Source: an uncultured bacterium (lineage in GTDB: Bacteria; Patescibacteriota; Minisyncoccia; UBA6257; 2-01-FULL-56-20). From it: DNA of 64,000 bases. The DNA is taken from assembly GCA_963707865.1 (NCBI GenBank), contig OY970175.1, forward strand, positions 822,028-886,027. Reading direction: 5' to 3'. Position numbers and translations under genes: made by a program. Numbering within the stretch: the first letter of the stretch is position 1; every line of letters starts with the position of its first letter. Below, one piece after another: positions 38,556 through 46,610 of the stretch. The notes below the pieces were generated by a model, which made no database searches, had not been told where the DNA came from, and saw only the letters and a program-made list of their open reading frames with translations.

Positions 38556-39236
38556 TTGCCGGTTGCCGGATTATGCTTTTGCCGTATGGAAGAAACCGGC
38601 AAAAACAAGATTGCGCTTAAGAACGCATACGAAATCGGCTATGCAATCTTCCGCGTATGTGGAAGATCCACCAGTGTGGCCCTTAGGGAATCTCTGGAAA
38701 GGCAAGCCCTGTCCCTTTTGGAAGCTGCCTCCGTCGGAAATTATGGCCGCATGGTGACGATTTCCGGCACCATTGAATATCTCGTTCGATTTGGGAGCGA
38801 CGTAGGTTTGATCCACAAGGCGAACGGAGAAACGCTTACTTTCCAGCTCGGAGTGTTGAATGCGGCAATTGCCGGATCGGAGAAACCGGCAGAAATCAGC
38901 GAGGTTCCGCTTGGAGATATTTTTGGCGGGCAAGATGTTTTGTTTCCGGCAAAGCGGCAACACACAGAAGAAGCTGAAAATATACATAATCCGGCAAACA
39001 GTGCAAAAGCTGCAATGCGGCAAGCGGCAATTCTTGAAAAAATCAGGCAATCCGGCAATTGCCGGATTAAGGATATACAGGAACTTTTGCCGGATTGCAG
39101 TGAAAGGACAATCCGTTACGATCTCCAAACCCTCCTTGAGCAAAACCACATAGAAAGGGTTGGGGGCGGAGGGCCTGCCGTGTTGTACCGGATTCGGCAA
39201 GAAAACGGTAACCTTTCCCCCATAGACGCGTTATAA
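38556..39236 (+). CDS. hypothetical protein with C-terminal DeoR-like winged-HTH segment; ORF carries dense DNA-level 9-mer repeats (coding status uncertain)
   Basis: C-term IKDIQELLPDCSERTIRYDLQTLLEQNHIERV resembles a DeoR-type HTH. An alternative start is MEETGKNK at 38586. Six copies of ATCCGGCAA/TTGCCGGAT lie inside. Confidence 0.35.
   Translation: MPVAGLCFCRMEETGKNKIALKNAYEIGYAIFRVCGRSTSVALRESLERQALSLLEAASVGNYGRMVTISGTIEYLVRFGSDVGLIHKANGETLTFQLGVLNAAIAGSEKPAEISEVPLGDIFGGQDVLFPAKRQHTEEAENIHNPANSAKAAMRQAAILEKIRQSGNCRIKDIQELLPDCSERTIRYDLQTLLEQNHIERVGGGGPAVLYRIRQENGNLSPIDAL
39051..39068. repeat. 18-bp perfect palindrome ATCCGGCAATTGCCGGAT (operator/iteron-like)
   Basis: aatccggcaattgccggatt is its own reverse complement. 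Half-sites recur at 38567, 38871, 38990 and 39088. Confidence 0.8.
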
Positions 39237-39349
39237 TACCAGTAAAGGTTCAGTGTGAGGCTGGACCCCTAGTAACCGGGAATCCCCAGAAAACCTAATT
39301 TCTAGTATGCTAGAAACTAGGTCTTCTAGAAGCAAGGTTTACTAGACAA

Positions 39350-39378
39350 CCGGCCTCGCTAAAAGCGAGTTTTTTCAT
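39350..39378 (+). terminator. rho-independent terminator-like hairpin (CTCGC-TAAAA-GCGAG + T6)
   Basis: ggcctcgctaaaagcgagttttttc. Confidence 0.45.
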
Positions 39379-39536
39379 TTTTATAGCTACAACCCCGTTT
39401 TCTTCATTCTTCCCGCCGTCGCAACCTCACGGCGATTGCGGACAAGGATGGGGAGAGCGGTCCAGACACAAGTAAAACAACAGAAAGGTCGACGGCCAAA
39501 TGGTCGATATTAGATAAAAAGTCAAAAAACAAATTA

Positions 39537-42500
39537 ATGAATAGTAAAAAATTGATTTCGGTGGCACTCACCGCGACCACAGTTTTGTGGGCGCTGGGGA
39601 TTGCCACCCTTCCTCTCGCGAACGCACAGACCGCATCTGGCCTTCAGGATCAGATCACGGCCTTGCTCGCGCAGATCCAACAGTTGCAGGCGCAATTGGG
39701 AAGCACGCAGGGCATGGGTTCCACGTCTTCGTACTCATTCACCAGCGACCTCACCGTTGGTTCAAAGGGTGCCGACGTGACCGCGCTCCAGCAGCTCCTG
39801 ATTAACAAGGGATACCTTACCGCGGTCTCGGCTCCGACGGGTTACTTCGGGTCTTTGACCCAGGCGGCCTTGGGGAAGTTCCAGGCGGCGAATGGCATCT
39901 CTCCTACAGCCGGATACTTTGGTCCTAAGACCAGGGCATTCGTGAATTCTCTGAGTGTTGGTACGGGTACTGGCACGACGACCACCTATCCAGCTGGTTG
40001 CACTTCGTCGGTTGGCTACAGTCCAACGACTGGTCAATCGTGTGCTTCGGGTACCACCACGACGACGGTGACTCCGCCGGCGACCGGCCTCGCGGTTTCT
40101 CTTAGTTCGTCCAATCCGGCGGCTGGTTCGCTCATCTCTTCCGCTTCGGCGGCAGCGGCGCGCGTTCCGGTCCTCGCGATTAACCTAACGGCGTCCAACT
40201 CGGGCGCGGTAACGGTGACGGACATTAAGGTCCACAAGACGGGCGTCCTTTCAGACAGCTCCATCTCCGGCGCATACTTGGTCCAGAACGGCCAGGTGCT
40301 CTACCAGTACACATCGCTCAACCAGGGCGTTATTGACTTCTCCGGCTTGGCCCTTTCGGTTCCGGCCGGCCAGACGCAGACCCTCTCTGTGGCGATGGAC
40401 CCTTCAACGAACCTTGCTGCCGGCAACACGGTGGGATTTGCAGTAAACGCGGCCTCGGACATCACGGCGGTTGATGCGTCTAACAACGTGCTCACGCCTT
40501 CCGGTGGCTTCCCGCTCCTCGGCAACATCTTCACGGTGACGACGGTCAGCAACCCGTCCCTTGCGTCGTTGACGACGGCATCTACGTCCATCGGGACACA
40601 GGTTACGGCGGGTACGCAGAATAACATCGTCGGCGCGTGGACCTTCACGGGTCAGAACAGCTTGACATACCTCAAGGGCATCAAGTTCACGGTTATCGGT
40701 TCGGCAAACAACGCCGACATCCGGAACGTGAAGCTTAATGTAAACGGCGCGCAGGTGGGTCCCTCCTTGGCGACCGTCGGAGCGAACGGGGTGGCCTACT
40801 TTGACCTCTCGTCCTCTCCTGCGAGCATAAACACCGGAGGCAACAACATCCAGGTGTTTGCGGATGTCATGGGTTCTCCTTCAAAGAACTTCCAGTTTGA
40901 GATTTTGAACTCCTACGACGTCTACGCGATTGACTCGCAGTACAATGTCCCGATCTCAGTATCGGTGGTGGGTGGTGCGGGTACGGTGGTTACGATCCAA
41001 CAGGGTCAGATCACGGTCTCGCAGGACTCCGCGACCCCGACCGGCAACATTGCAGTCGGACAGTCCGGCGTCGTGCTCGCGAAGTTTGACATCTACGCGG
41101 CTGGCGAGCCGGTCAAGGTGAAATTCCTCGGCTTCAAGATCGCCCTCACGAACGTGGCGACGAGTTCTAGCGTGACTGCGTTGAGCAACATGCTCAAGAA
41201 CGTTTCGCTCGTTGATGACGCAGGTGGCCAGGTAGGTACCACCATCAACACGCCTCCGTCGGGCAATACATGTGACGTAACAACGGGTCAGAGTGGATAC
41301 ACGTCCAAATCTGACGGTACGTTCACGTCCGCCACGGTGGCTTACGTTGACTGCTTTGGTACGAACTCTTCGCCGATCAACTACATCATTCCGGCGAATA
41401 CGACTCGGGTGTTGTCCTTGAAGGCCGACATCCAGTCCACGGCGAGCTTCAGCACGATAGCGGCTTCCCTCTTGGCCGAGTCCAGCAACTTGCAGGGCTT
41501 GACCTCGAGCCAGACGGGTTCTTCGTCCGGCGCATCGGGCAGCGCGCTCTCGCTGCAGTCCAGCTTACTCTCTATTTCCGCAAACTCGGCCTACGGTAAT
41601 CAGACCGTTACACCGAACAGCACTGGCGTAAAGATCGGTTCCTACGCGTTCACGGCTTCGTCCGCGAGCGGTGTTCAGATCAACACGGTGAGCATCGAAC
41701 CGGTCAAGAATGGCAGCGGTTCCAGCGACATCCAGAACATGAAAGTCATGATCGGCGGCACGCAGTTCGGCACGACGCAGGGCGTAGTGGCTGACGCGGG
41801 AACGTACACGTTCTCCGGATCCGCCTTCACGGTCCCTGCCGGCGGCACGACCTACGTTGACGTGTATGCCGACATACTCTCCAACGCGACCTCGTCAATG
41901 AGCCCGGCCACTACGCTTACCGGTTGCTCGGGAACAAGCGTTATTTCCTACGGCGCGGTTTCCTGCACTGGCAGCGGTACTGACGGCGAGAACTTGACCG
42001 TTACCTCGAGTGGCGCGACTGTGGCAGTTGGTCTTGACTCCTCCGCTCCTGCGGCAGGTCTACTTGTCATGCCTTCCACAGGGAACTTGCTTGCAGCCTT
42101 CCGCTTCACGGAGACGACGAATGTTGAGAACGTGAAGATTACGGATCTCACGATCAAGCAGACCACGTCCGCGGGGGCTTCCGCGTACCAGAATGTGACG
42201 ATCTCCAACGGTTCCACGGTAGTCGGTACGTCCGGCAGCGCGTCTAGCACGAGCGGCGGCTTCGCGTACGTCTTCCACTTCGGGACCCCGCCCATCGTTC
42301 TACAGAACAACACGCTCGTGCTCACCCTGAAGGGTAATGTGCCGAGTTACACTGATCTCGGCAGCTCGTTGGACAACACGACGTCCACCTTCGGGATTGC
42401 CGCGACGTCTTCGGTAACGGCGTTGGGCGCAAGCTCCAACATCTCGTCGCAGATTTCGGGTACGGCGACCGGCAACACATTGACGGTTCTCCGCACGACG

Positions 42501-43022
42501 CTCACCCCGACCGCGACGGCGCTCGGAAGCCTCACGAGCCGCGTGAAGTCCTCGGTTGACAACCTCGCAACCATCACCCTTGCGGCGAATAACGCCGGAT
42601 CGGCCATGGTACGGACGTTGGCGATCAACTTCAGCGGTAACGCGATCTCTTCAACGGCGACGTCCTCGTTTGTCTTGCGCGACACGAACAATGTTGACGT
42701 GACAGACAGCACGAGCTACGGTGCCGTCCAGACTGGCGGTCCGTGCACGTCGAGCTGTACGCTCACGTGGACGTTCTCCACGAGCACGAATCCGTTGGTC
42801 GTCTCTGCGGGCGGTTCCTACACGCTCACGCTCCAGACGGATGATACCCACAGTTTCGGGGTTGGTGTTGGCAGCGCCTCGGTCAGCTTGAGCGCGACGC
42901 TCCAGACCACGGCGGCATTGACCTACTACGACAACAGCACGGCGACCGGCAGCACAATCAGCTTGCCGAACACCGTGGTGCCGTCCAGTATCACGAACAT
43001 CACGTTCGCGGCTGGGACATAG
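39537..43022 (+). CDS. large secreted Ser/Thr/Gly-rich surface protein with N-terminal coiled coil, PG_binding_1 domain and multiple Ig-like modules
   Basis: 1161 aa. Signal peptide. QDQITALLAQIQQLQAQL. PG_binding_1: DLTVGSKGADVTALQQLLINKGYL...GYFGSLTQAALGKFQAANGISPTAGYFGPKTRAFV. The rest is low-complexity S/T/G/A/V beta-rich sequence. Confidence 0.8.
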   Translation: MNSKKLISVALTATTVLWALGIATLPLANAQTASGLQDQITALLAQIQQLQAQLGSTQGMGSTSSYSFTSDLTVGSKGADVTALQQLLINKGYLTAVSAPTGYFGSLTQAALGKFQAANGISPTAGYFGPKTRAFVNSLSVGTGTGTTTTYPAGCTSSVGYSPTTGQSCASGTTTTTVTPPATGLAVSLSSSNPAAGSLISSASAAAARVPVLAINLTASNSGAVTVTDIKVHKTGVLSDSSISGAYLVQNGQVLYQYTSLNQGVIDFSGLALSVPAGQTQTLSVAMDPSTNLAAGNTVGFAVNAASDITAVDASNNVLTPSGGFPLLGNIFTVTTVSNPSLASLTTASTSIGTQVTAGTQNNIVGAWTFTGQNSLTYLKGIKFTVIGSANNADIRNVKLNVNGAQVGPSLATVGANGVAYFDLSSSPASINTGGNNIQVFADVMGSPSKNFQFEILNSYDVYAIDSQYNVPISVSVVGGAGTVVTIQQGQITVSQDSATPTGNIAVGQSGVVLAKFDIYAAGEPVKVKFLGFKIALTNVATSSSVTALSNMLKNVSLVDDAGGQVGTTINTPPSGNTCDVTTGQSGYTSKSDGTFTSATVAYVDCFGTNSSPINYIIPANTTRVLSLKADIQSTASFSTIAASLLAESSNLQGLTSSQTGSSSGASGSALSLQSSLLSISANSAYGNQTVTPNSTGVKIGSYAFTASSASGVQINTVSIEPVKNGSGSSDIQNMKVMIGGTQFGTTQGVVADAGTYTFSGSAFTVPAGGTTYVDVYADILSNATSSMSPATTLTGCSGTSVISYGAVSCTGSGTDGENLTVTSSGATVAVGLDSSAPAAGLLVMPSTGNLLAAFRFTETTNVENVKITDLTIKQTTSAGASAYQNVTISNGSTVVGTSGSASSTSGGFAYVFHFGTPPIVLQNNTLVLTLKGNVPSYTDLGSSLDNTTSTFGIAATSSVTALGASSNISSQISGTATGNTLTVLRTTLTPTATALGSLTSRVKSSVDNLATITLAANNAGSAMVRTLAINFSGNAISSTATSSFVLRDTNNVDVTDSTSYGAVQTGGPCTSSCTLTWTFSTSTNPLVVSAGGSYTLTLQTDDTHSFGVGVGSASVSLSATLQTTAALTYYDNSTATGSTISLPNTVVPSSITNITFAAGT

Positions 43023-43061
43023 TAGTTCTTGTCTGATCTCTTCCTCTCTGCTTGTGACGGA

Positions 43062-43100
43062 GACGGAAACCAAAAGGCCCCCGGGTTATCCCGGGGGTCT
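43062..43100 (+). terminator. rho-independent terminator
   Basis: aaaaggcccccgggttatcccgggggtcttttgcg. Confidence 0.6.
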
Positions 43101-43214
43101 TTTGCGTTGTGGGCGGGTGACGTTTTCCCCTTTGCCTCTTTTCCCTCGTATTTGCTATACTTATTGGGAATCAAATAAAGGTCGGGAAATAGTAACCATT
43201 ATCAATGAACAAAT

Positions 43215-43490
43215 ATGAACAAAAAAGGATTGGTTGAGGCGGTGATGAAGGCCGCGGAGATTGAGACGAAAGCGGCGGCGGAAAGGGCGGTGGAGGCCCT
43301 GTTTGACACGATTGTGAAGACCCTGAGCCACGGCGAGGAAGTGGCGGTCACGGGCTTCGGGACGTTCCGTGCTGCAAAGCGCGCCGCGCGCGAGGGCCGG
43401 AACCCGAAGACGGGCGAGAAGATCCAGATCAAGGCCTCCACAAAGCCGAAATTCCGGGCCGGCAAGCTTCTCAAAGAAGCGGTATTGTAG
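43215..43490 (+). CDS. hup: DNA-binding protein HU
   Basis: MNKKGLVEAVMKAAEIETKAAAERAVEALFDTIVKTLSHGEEVAVTGFGTFRAAKRAAREGRNPKTGEKIQIKASTKPKFRAGKLLKEAV is the canonical HU fold sequence. Confidence 0.9.
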   Translation: MNKKGLVEAVMKAAEIETKAAAERAVEALFDTIVKTLSHGEEVAVTGFGTFRAAKRAAREGRNPKTGEKIQIKASTKPKFRAGKLLKEAVL

Positions 43491-43527
43491 CGAACAAGCG
43501 CGAACAAAGGATCCTTTGTTCTGTATA

Positions 43528-43568
43528 ATCGGAAGGGCCCCGCACCGTCGGGGCCCTTCGCGTTTTAG
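43528..43568 (+). terminator. rho-independent terminator after hup
   Basis: gggccccgcaccgtcggggccc + ttcgcgtttt. Confidence 0.55.
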
Positions 43569-43601
43569 AAAGATTTAATATCCGGTGCGTATAATTGTGG
43601 C

Positions 43602-43901
43602 ATGAAGAAACAAGTTGCGGTGGCGCCGATAGCGGAAAATGTTGAGAACAAAATACTGGTGATACGAGGATGCCGCGTGATGCTGGACGAAGACTTAGCT
43701 GCCATCTATCAAATAAATACGAAACGCCTAAATGAACAAGTGAGGCGCAATAGAGGTCGGTTTCCAAAAGACTTTATGTTTCAACTAACGAAGGATGAAA
43801 CTGATTGTTTGAGGTCGCAAATTGCGACCTCAAAGCGGGTGCGAAGGATACCTACTGGCCCGTTTTTTCGGTGGGCAGGAGCGTCTGCACAATCGTGCTG
43901 A
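43602..43901 (+). CDS. ORF6N-domain protein (KilA-N-related DNA-binding domain), apparently truncated
   Basis: ILVIRGCRVMLDEDLAAIYQINTKRLNEQVRRNRGRFPKDFMFQLTKDE...LRSQIATSKR matches the ORF6N core. Only ~99 aa, where ~180 aa is expected. 3' end overlaps the convergent gene by 50 nt. Confidence 0.5.
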   Translation: MKKQVAVAPIAENVENKILVIRGCRVMLDEDLAAIYQINTKRLNEQVRRNRGRFPKDFMFQLTKDETDCLRSQIATSKRVRRIPTGPFFRWAGASAQSC

Positions 43902-44661
43902 TGTCAAAAAACTTTTGGTAGGCGTCGGAAAGCGATTGGAGCGATTGCTGGATGGTTGCGAGCGACTGGTCGGGGGGCGATGACCGGAGGATGGCGTCTT
44001 CCGCCGCCTGGTTTTCGTCGCGCGCAGTTTGGACGAGCGCTTGGGCGTTCGCAAAATCGCTCTGGAGGTCGTTGTTCGGCGCCGCCTGCGTGAAGAGCGA
44101 AACGAGGTTTCCTATTCCCTGAAGCCGGCTCTCCGCGGCGCTGAAAAGATCCTGGTTCTTTGACCAAAGTATGAAATTCGCCACCTGTCCGGCGAGGGGA
44201 TCGTAATTGGAAGCCCGCCACGCGAGTATTTCTTTTGCGACTGCCTGCGTCCCTGCGACGCCCGCCCCGTTCACTTTCCCAAGTTCAATGTCGTAATAGT
44301 TCATCGCATCGCCGAGTTTTCCCAAGAGTTGCGACTGGAGTGTTTTTGCATCGTTACTCGTTGACGAGACGCTCGTCAGGTCGTCCTCAAGCGTTTGCGG
44401 ATCGGCCTTGGCGCACGTGATTGTTTTCGTGAGGAGCGCTTTCCGTACCGCGAGTTTGGCCACGAGCCCTTGCGCTTCGGCTGCCGTTACGGCATCAAGG
44501 TCGGCGGGCGCGATGACGCAGGATGCGTCAGCGTTCGCGGTCCGCGCCACATGAAGGAAAATTCCCAGGGCGACTGGGAGCGTGATCAAAAACACGATGG
44601 TTTTGACGGATAAGGTTTTCACGCCGATGTTATTTAGAGAGGCTACGGAGCGCGTCATCAA
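43852..44661 (-). CDS. hypothetical secreted protein (helical; downstream of the sigma/anti-sigma pair)
   Basis: Signal peptide. Ala/Gln/Leu-rich helical protein with conserved Cys pair. No family recognised. Confidence 0.5.
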   Translation of the reverse strand: MMTRSVASLNNIGVKTLSVKTIVFLITLPVALGIFLHVARTANADASCVIAPADLDAVTAAEAQGLVAKLAVRKALLTKTITCAKADPQTLEDDLTSVSSTSNDAKTLQSQLLGKLGDAMNYYDIELGKVNGAGVAGTQAVAKEILAWRASNYDPLAGQVANFILWSKNQDLFSAAESRLQGIGNLVSLFTQAAPNNDLQSDFANAQALVQTARDENQAAEDAILRSSPPDQSLATIQQSLQSLSDAYQKFFDISTIVQTLLPTEKTGQ

Positions 44662-45103
44662 TGCTTACGCTTGAAGTGGCGTTTGAAGTGGCCTCCGTGC
44701 CATTCACTGCGGGAGGCGTGCTCGTGGGCGCCGTTATGGCGCTGCCGGGCTTCGTTCCCGCGACCGCTGCCGTGGAAACCGCCGCCGGCTCGCTGTAGCT
44801 CAGATTGGCGAGCTGAATTTGGATATCAATCGCTTGCGCTTCCGCGCGGAGGCTCTGGGGGTCAATGGCCGAATATCGGGCGGGGGAGAATTCTGATCCG
44901 GGGAATGCGCCCGTGATGAGCAATATAAAAAACCCGGTAAGCGCCACTGCGACCCCGGTTTCAATGATTTTCCAAAAGGTCCGCTGTGCGCTCCACCCGG
45001 CCGCCTTCGGCTCCAGAGCCAAAATCGCCCGCTTGGAAGTTTCCTTGAACGCGGCGTCCGGTTCTATATTTTTAAATTGTTTGAGAATTTCAAAAAGGTT
45101 CAT
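44630..45103 (-). CDS. putative anti-sigma factor (single-TM membrane protein)
   Basis: 157 aa. Central TM (VAVALTGFFILLITGAF). Directly downstream of, and 8 nt from, the ECF sigma gene. Confidence 0.45.
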   Translation of the reverse strand: MNLFEILKQFKNIEPDAAFKETSKRAILALEPKAAGWSAQRTFWKIIETGVAVALTGFFILLITGAFPGSEFSPARYSAIDPQSLRAEAQAIDIQIQLANLSYSEPAAVSTAAVAGTKPGSAITAPTSTPPAVNGTEATSNATSSVSIDDALRSLSK

Positions 45104-45110
45104 GGTTTCA

Positions 45111-45647
45111 TTATGCGGTGAGTATCCGTTGCAGTTCTTTGATCGCCCGATGTTGCATGAGCTTCACTGCCCCTTCGGTTTTCTCCATCGCTCCGGCGGT
45201 TTCCTTGATGGGGAGTTCCTCAATAAATCGGAGGATGATGACGTCTTGGTATTCCGGCTTGAGCGTGGCGAGAACTGCGAACACTCTCTCTGTCTCAAGC
45301 TTCAGAGAAAGGTCAAACTGCGCTGTGGCGGGAATGACGAAGTGTTCGGGATCCATTCTCTCAATGCTCGTCTCGTTTTTCTTTGCACGGTAGTGATCAA
45401 CGATCTGATTCCGCGCGATCTGATAGAGCCAGCTTGAGAACGGATGTCCGCGGTGCTTGTAGCTCCTGATGCCCTGCCATGCCGAGAGGAAAACCTGATG
45501 GGTGATATCCTCGGCGTCCTCACGCCGACCGACCTTCACGAGTACGAACCGATAGATCATCGGCTGATAGTGATCGTAAAGAGGGCCGAACGCCGAGGAT
45601 TTCCCGGCGACAGCTTCCTTGATCAGTTTTGACTCGCTGTCTAACAT
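45111..45647 (-). CDS. RNA polymerase sigma factor, ECF (sigma-70 group 4) family
   Basis: Region 2 DAEDITHQVFLSAWQGIRSYKHRGHPFSSWLYQIARNQIVDHYR. Region 4 YQDVIILRFIEELPIKETAGAMEKTEGAVKLMQHRAIKEL. Confidence 0.85.
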   Translation of the reverse strand: MLDSESKLIKEAVAGKSSAFGPLYDHYQPMIYRFVLVKVGRREDAEDITHQVFLSAWQGIRSYKHRGHPFSSWLYQIARNQIVDHYRAKKNETSIERMDPEHFVIPATAQFDLSLKLETERVFAVLATLKPEYQDVIILRFIEELPIKETAGAMEKTEGAVKLMQHRAIKELQRILTA

Positions 45648-45778
45648 AGGGAACGTAATATGCCGTGTTCTCGTTACGCGGGGCGCAACGACGCCCCCTT
45701 TTCAAGCAAAACGCCCTCTCCATAAGGGCATTTTGCTATTGTCTTCATTGTATACCGTTGCGCCGCCGGGGTCAAAGT

Positions 45779-45852
45779 TGGAGCGGGTAAGGGGAGTCGA
45801 ACCCCTGTCATCTGATTGGCAACCAGATGTAATACCGTTATACGATACCCGC
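45779..45852 (-). tRNA. tRNA-Gly (anticodon GCC), CCA encoded
   Basis: Hand-folded. Acceptor gcgggta/tacccgc. Anticodon stem tctgg/tcaga with loop ttGCCaa. T-arm agggg-ttcgact-cccct. Discriminator U + CCA. Confidence 0.75.
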
Positions 45853-45858
45853 TTGATA

Positions 45859-46530
45859 TCAATCCATTGTAAAATGTTTTGAGAAAAGGTCAATCCATGT
45901 TTGTACTTTGATTTTATATCTCCGACTATTCACCGTCACCATACAAACACCATAAGAAAGCCGTTTGGTCGGATGGAAACCTTTGATGTATTGAGTTTTT
46001 ACAAAAGCATTTTGGGGTAGGAAAGTCGTCTTCGCCCAAAAATTTTTACAATGTGTATCCGATAAGTCTGGGTATAATACCAATCCCAATCTTATTTTGT
46101 TATCAGGAACTTTCAATATTTCTTTCAAAAAAGAAACATAAAGAGCGATAAGCGCTGGAGTAGTATTCGATAACCGCAGAGGATTCTTAGGGTTACTGTC
46201 GCCTTCACCCCAATATAACATAATGCCGGCTGTGAATAAAGAATTATTCTTTAACTTTCTAAATTCTCGTATCGCTTCTTCGTGGGCGACTAGGCCCCAC
46301 TGTTCCCATCTCGCTTTCTGGGCTTTAATGACACGCTTGATGCGTCGCTTACTACGTCGGTTGTTCCTCTCAGTCAGAATCTCTTTAACCTTCCTTGATT
46401 CGGGATCCTTCGCAATCCAATAGGATATCCTCCCCTTTCTGATTCCCAGAATTTCTGAAATTTCATTATAGCTTTTTTGTTTTCTTCGCAGTTCCAGTAT
46501 TCTCTCTTTGAGATTCGAACTACTGCTCAT
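45859..46530 (-). CDS. LAGLIDADG-like homing endonuclease with N-terminal HTH domain
   Basis: N-term HTH (YNEISEILGIRKGRISYWI). LFTAGIMLYWGEGDS resembles the LAGLIDADG motif. Gene is markedly AT-rich relative to flanks. Starts 7 nt from tRNA-Gly. Confidence 0.5.
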   Translation of the reverse strand: MSSSSNLKERILELRRKQKSYNEISEILGIRKGRISYWIAKDPESRKVKEILTERNNRRSKRRIKRVIKAQKARWEQWGLVAHEEAIREFRKLKNNSLFTAGIMLYWGEGDSNPKNPLRLSNTTPALIALYVSFLKEILKVPDNKIRLGLVLYPDLSDTHCKNFWAKTTFLPQNAFVKTQYIKGFHPTKRLSYGVCMVTVNSRRYKIKVQTWIDLFSKHFTMD

Positions 46531-46610
46531 ACCTTAAATATACCACAAGCACAGTTCAGAGCAAGGTATTTGGATACGCCTCATCGCGACTCTTACCTCT
46601 TGTTATCGGC

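Noticed and set aside
38571-39200. 209-aa minus-strand ORF (and shorter ORFs 38741-39058 -, 38860-39153 +) overlapping the iteron-like region
   Set aside because: The translation is Cys/Phe-rich and non-protein-like. The open frames arise because the repeated GC-rich 9-mer removes stop codons. The plus-strand ORF with the HTH-like C-terminus is the more plausible one, though even that is uncertain.
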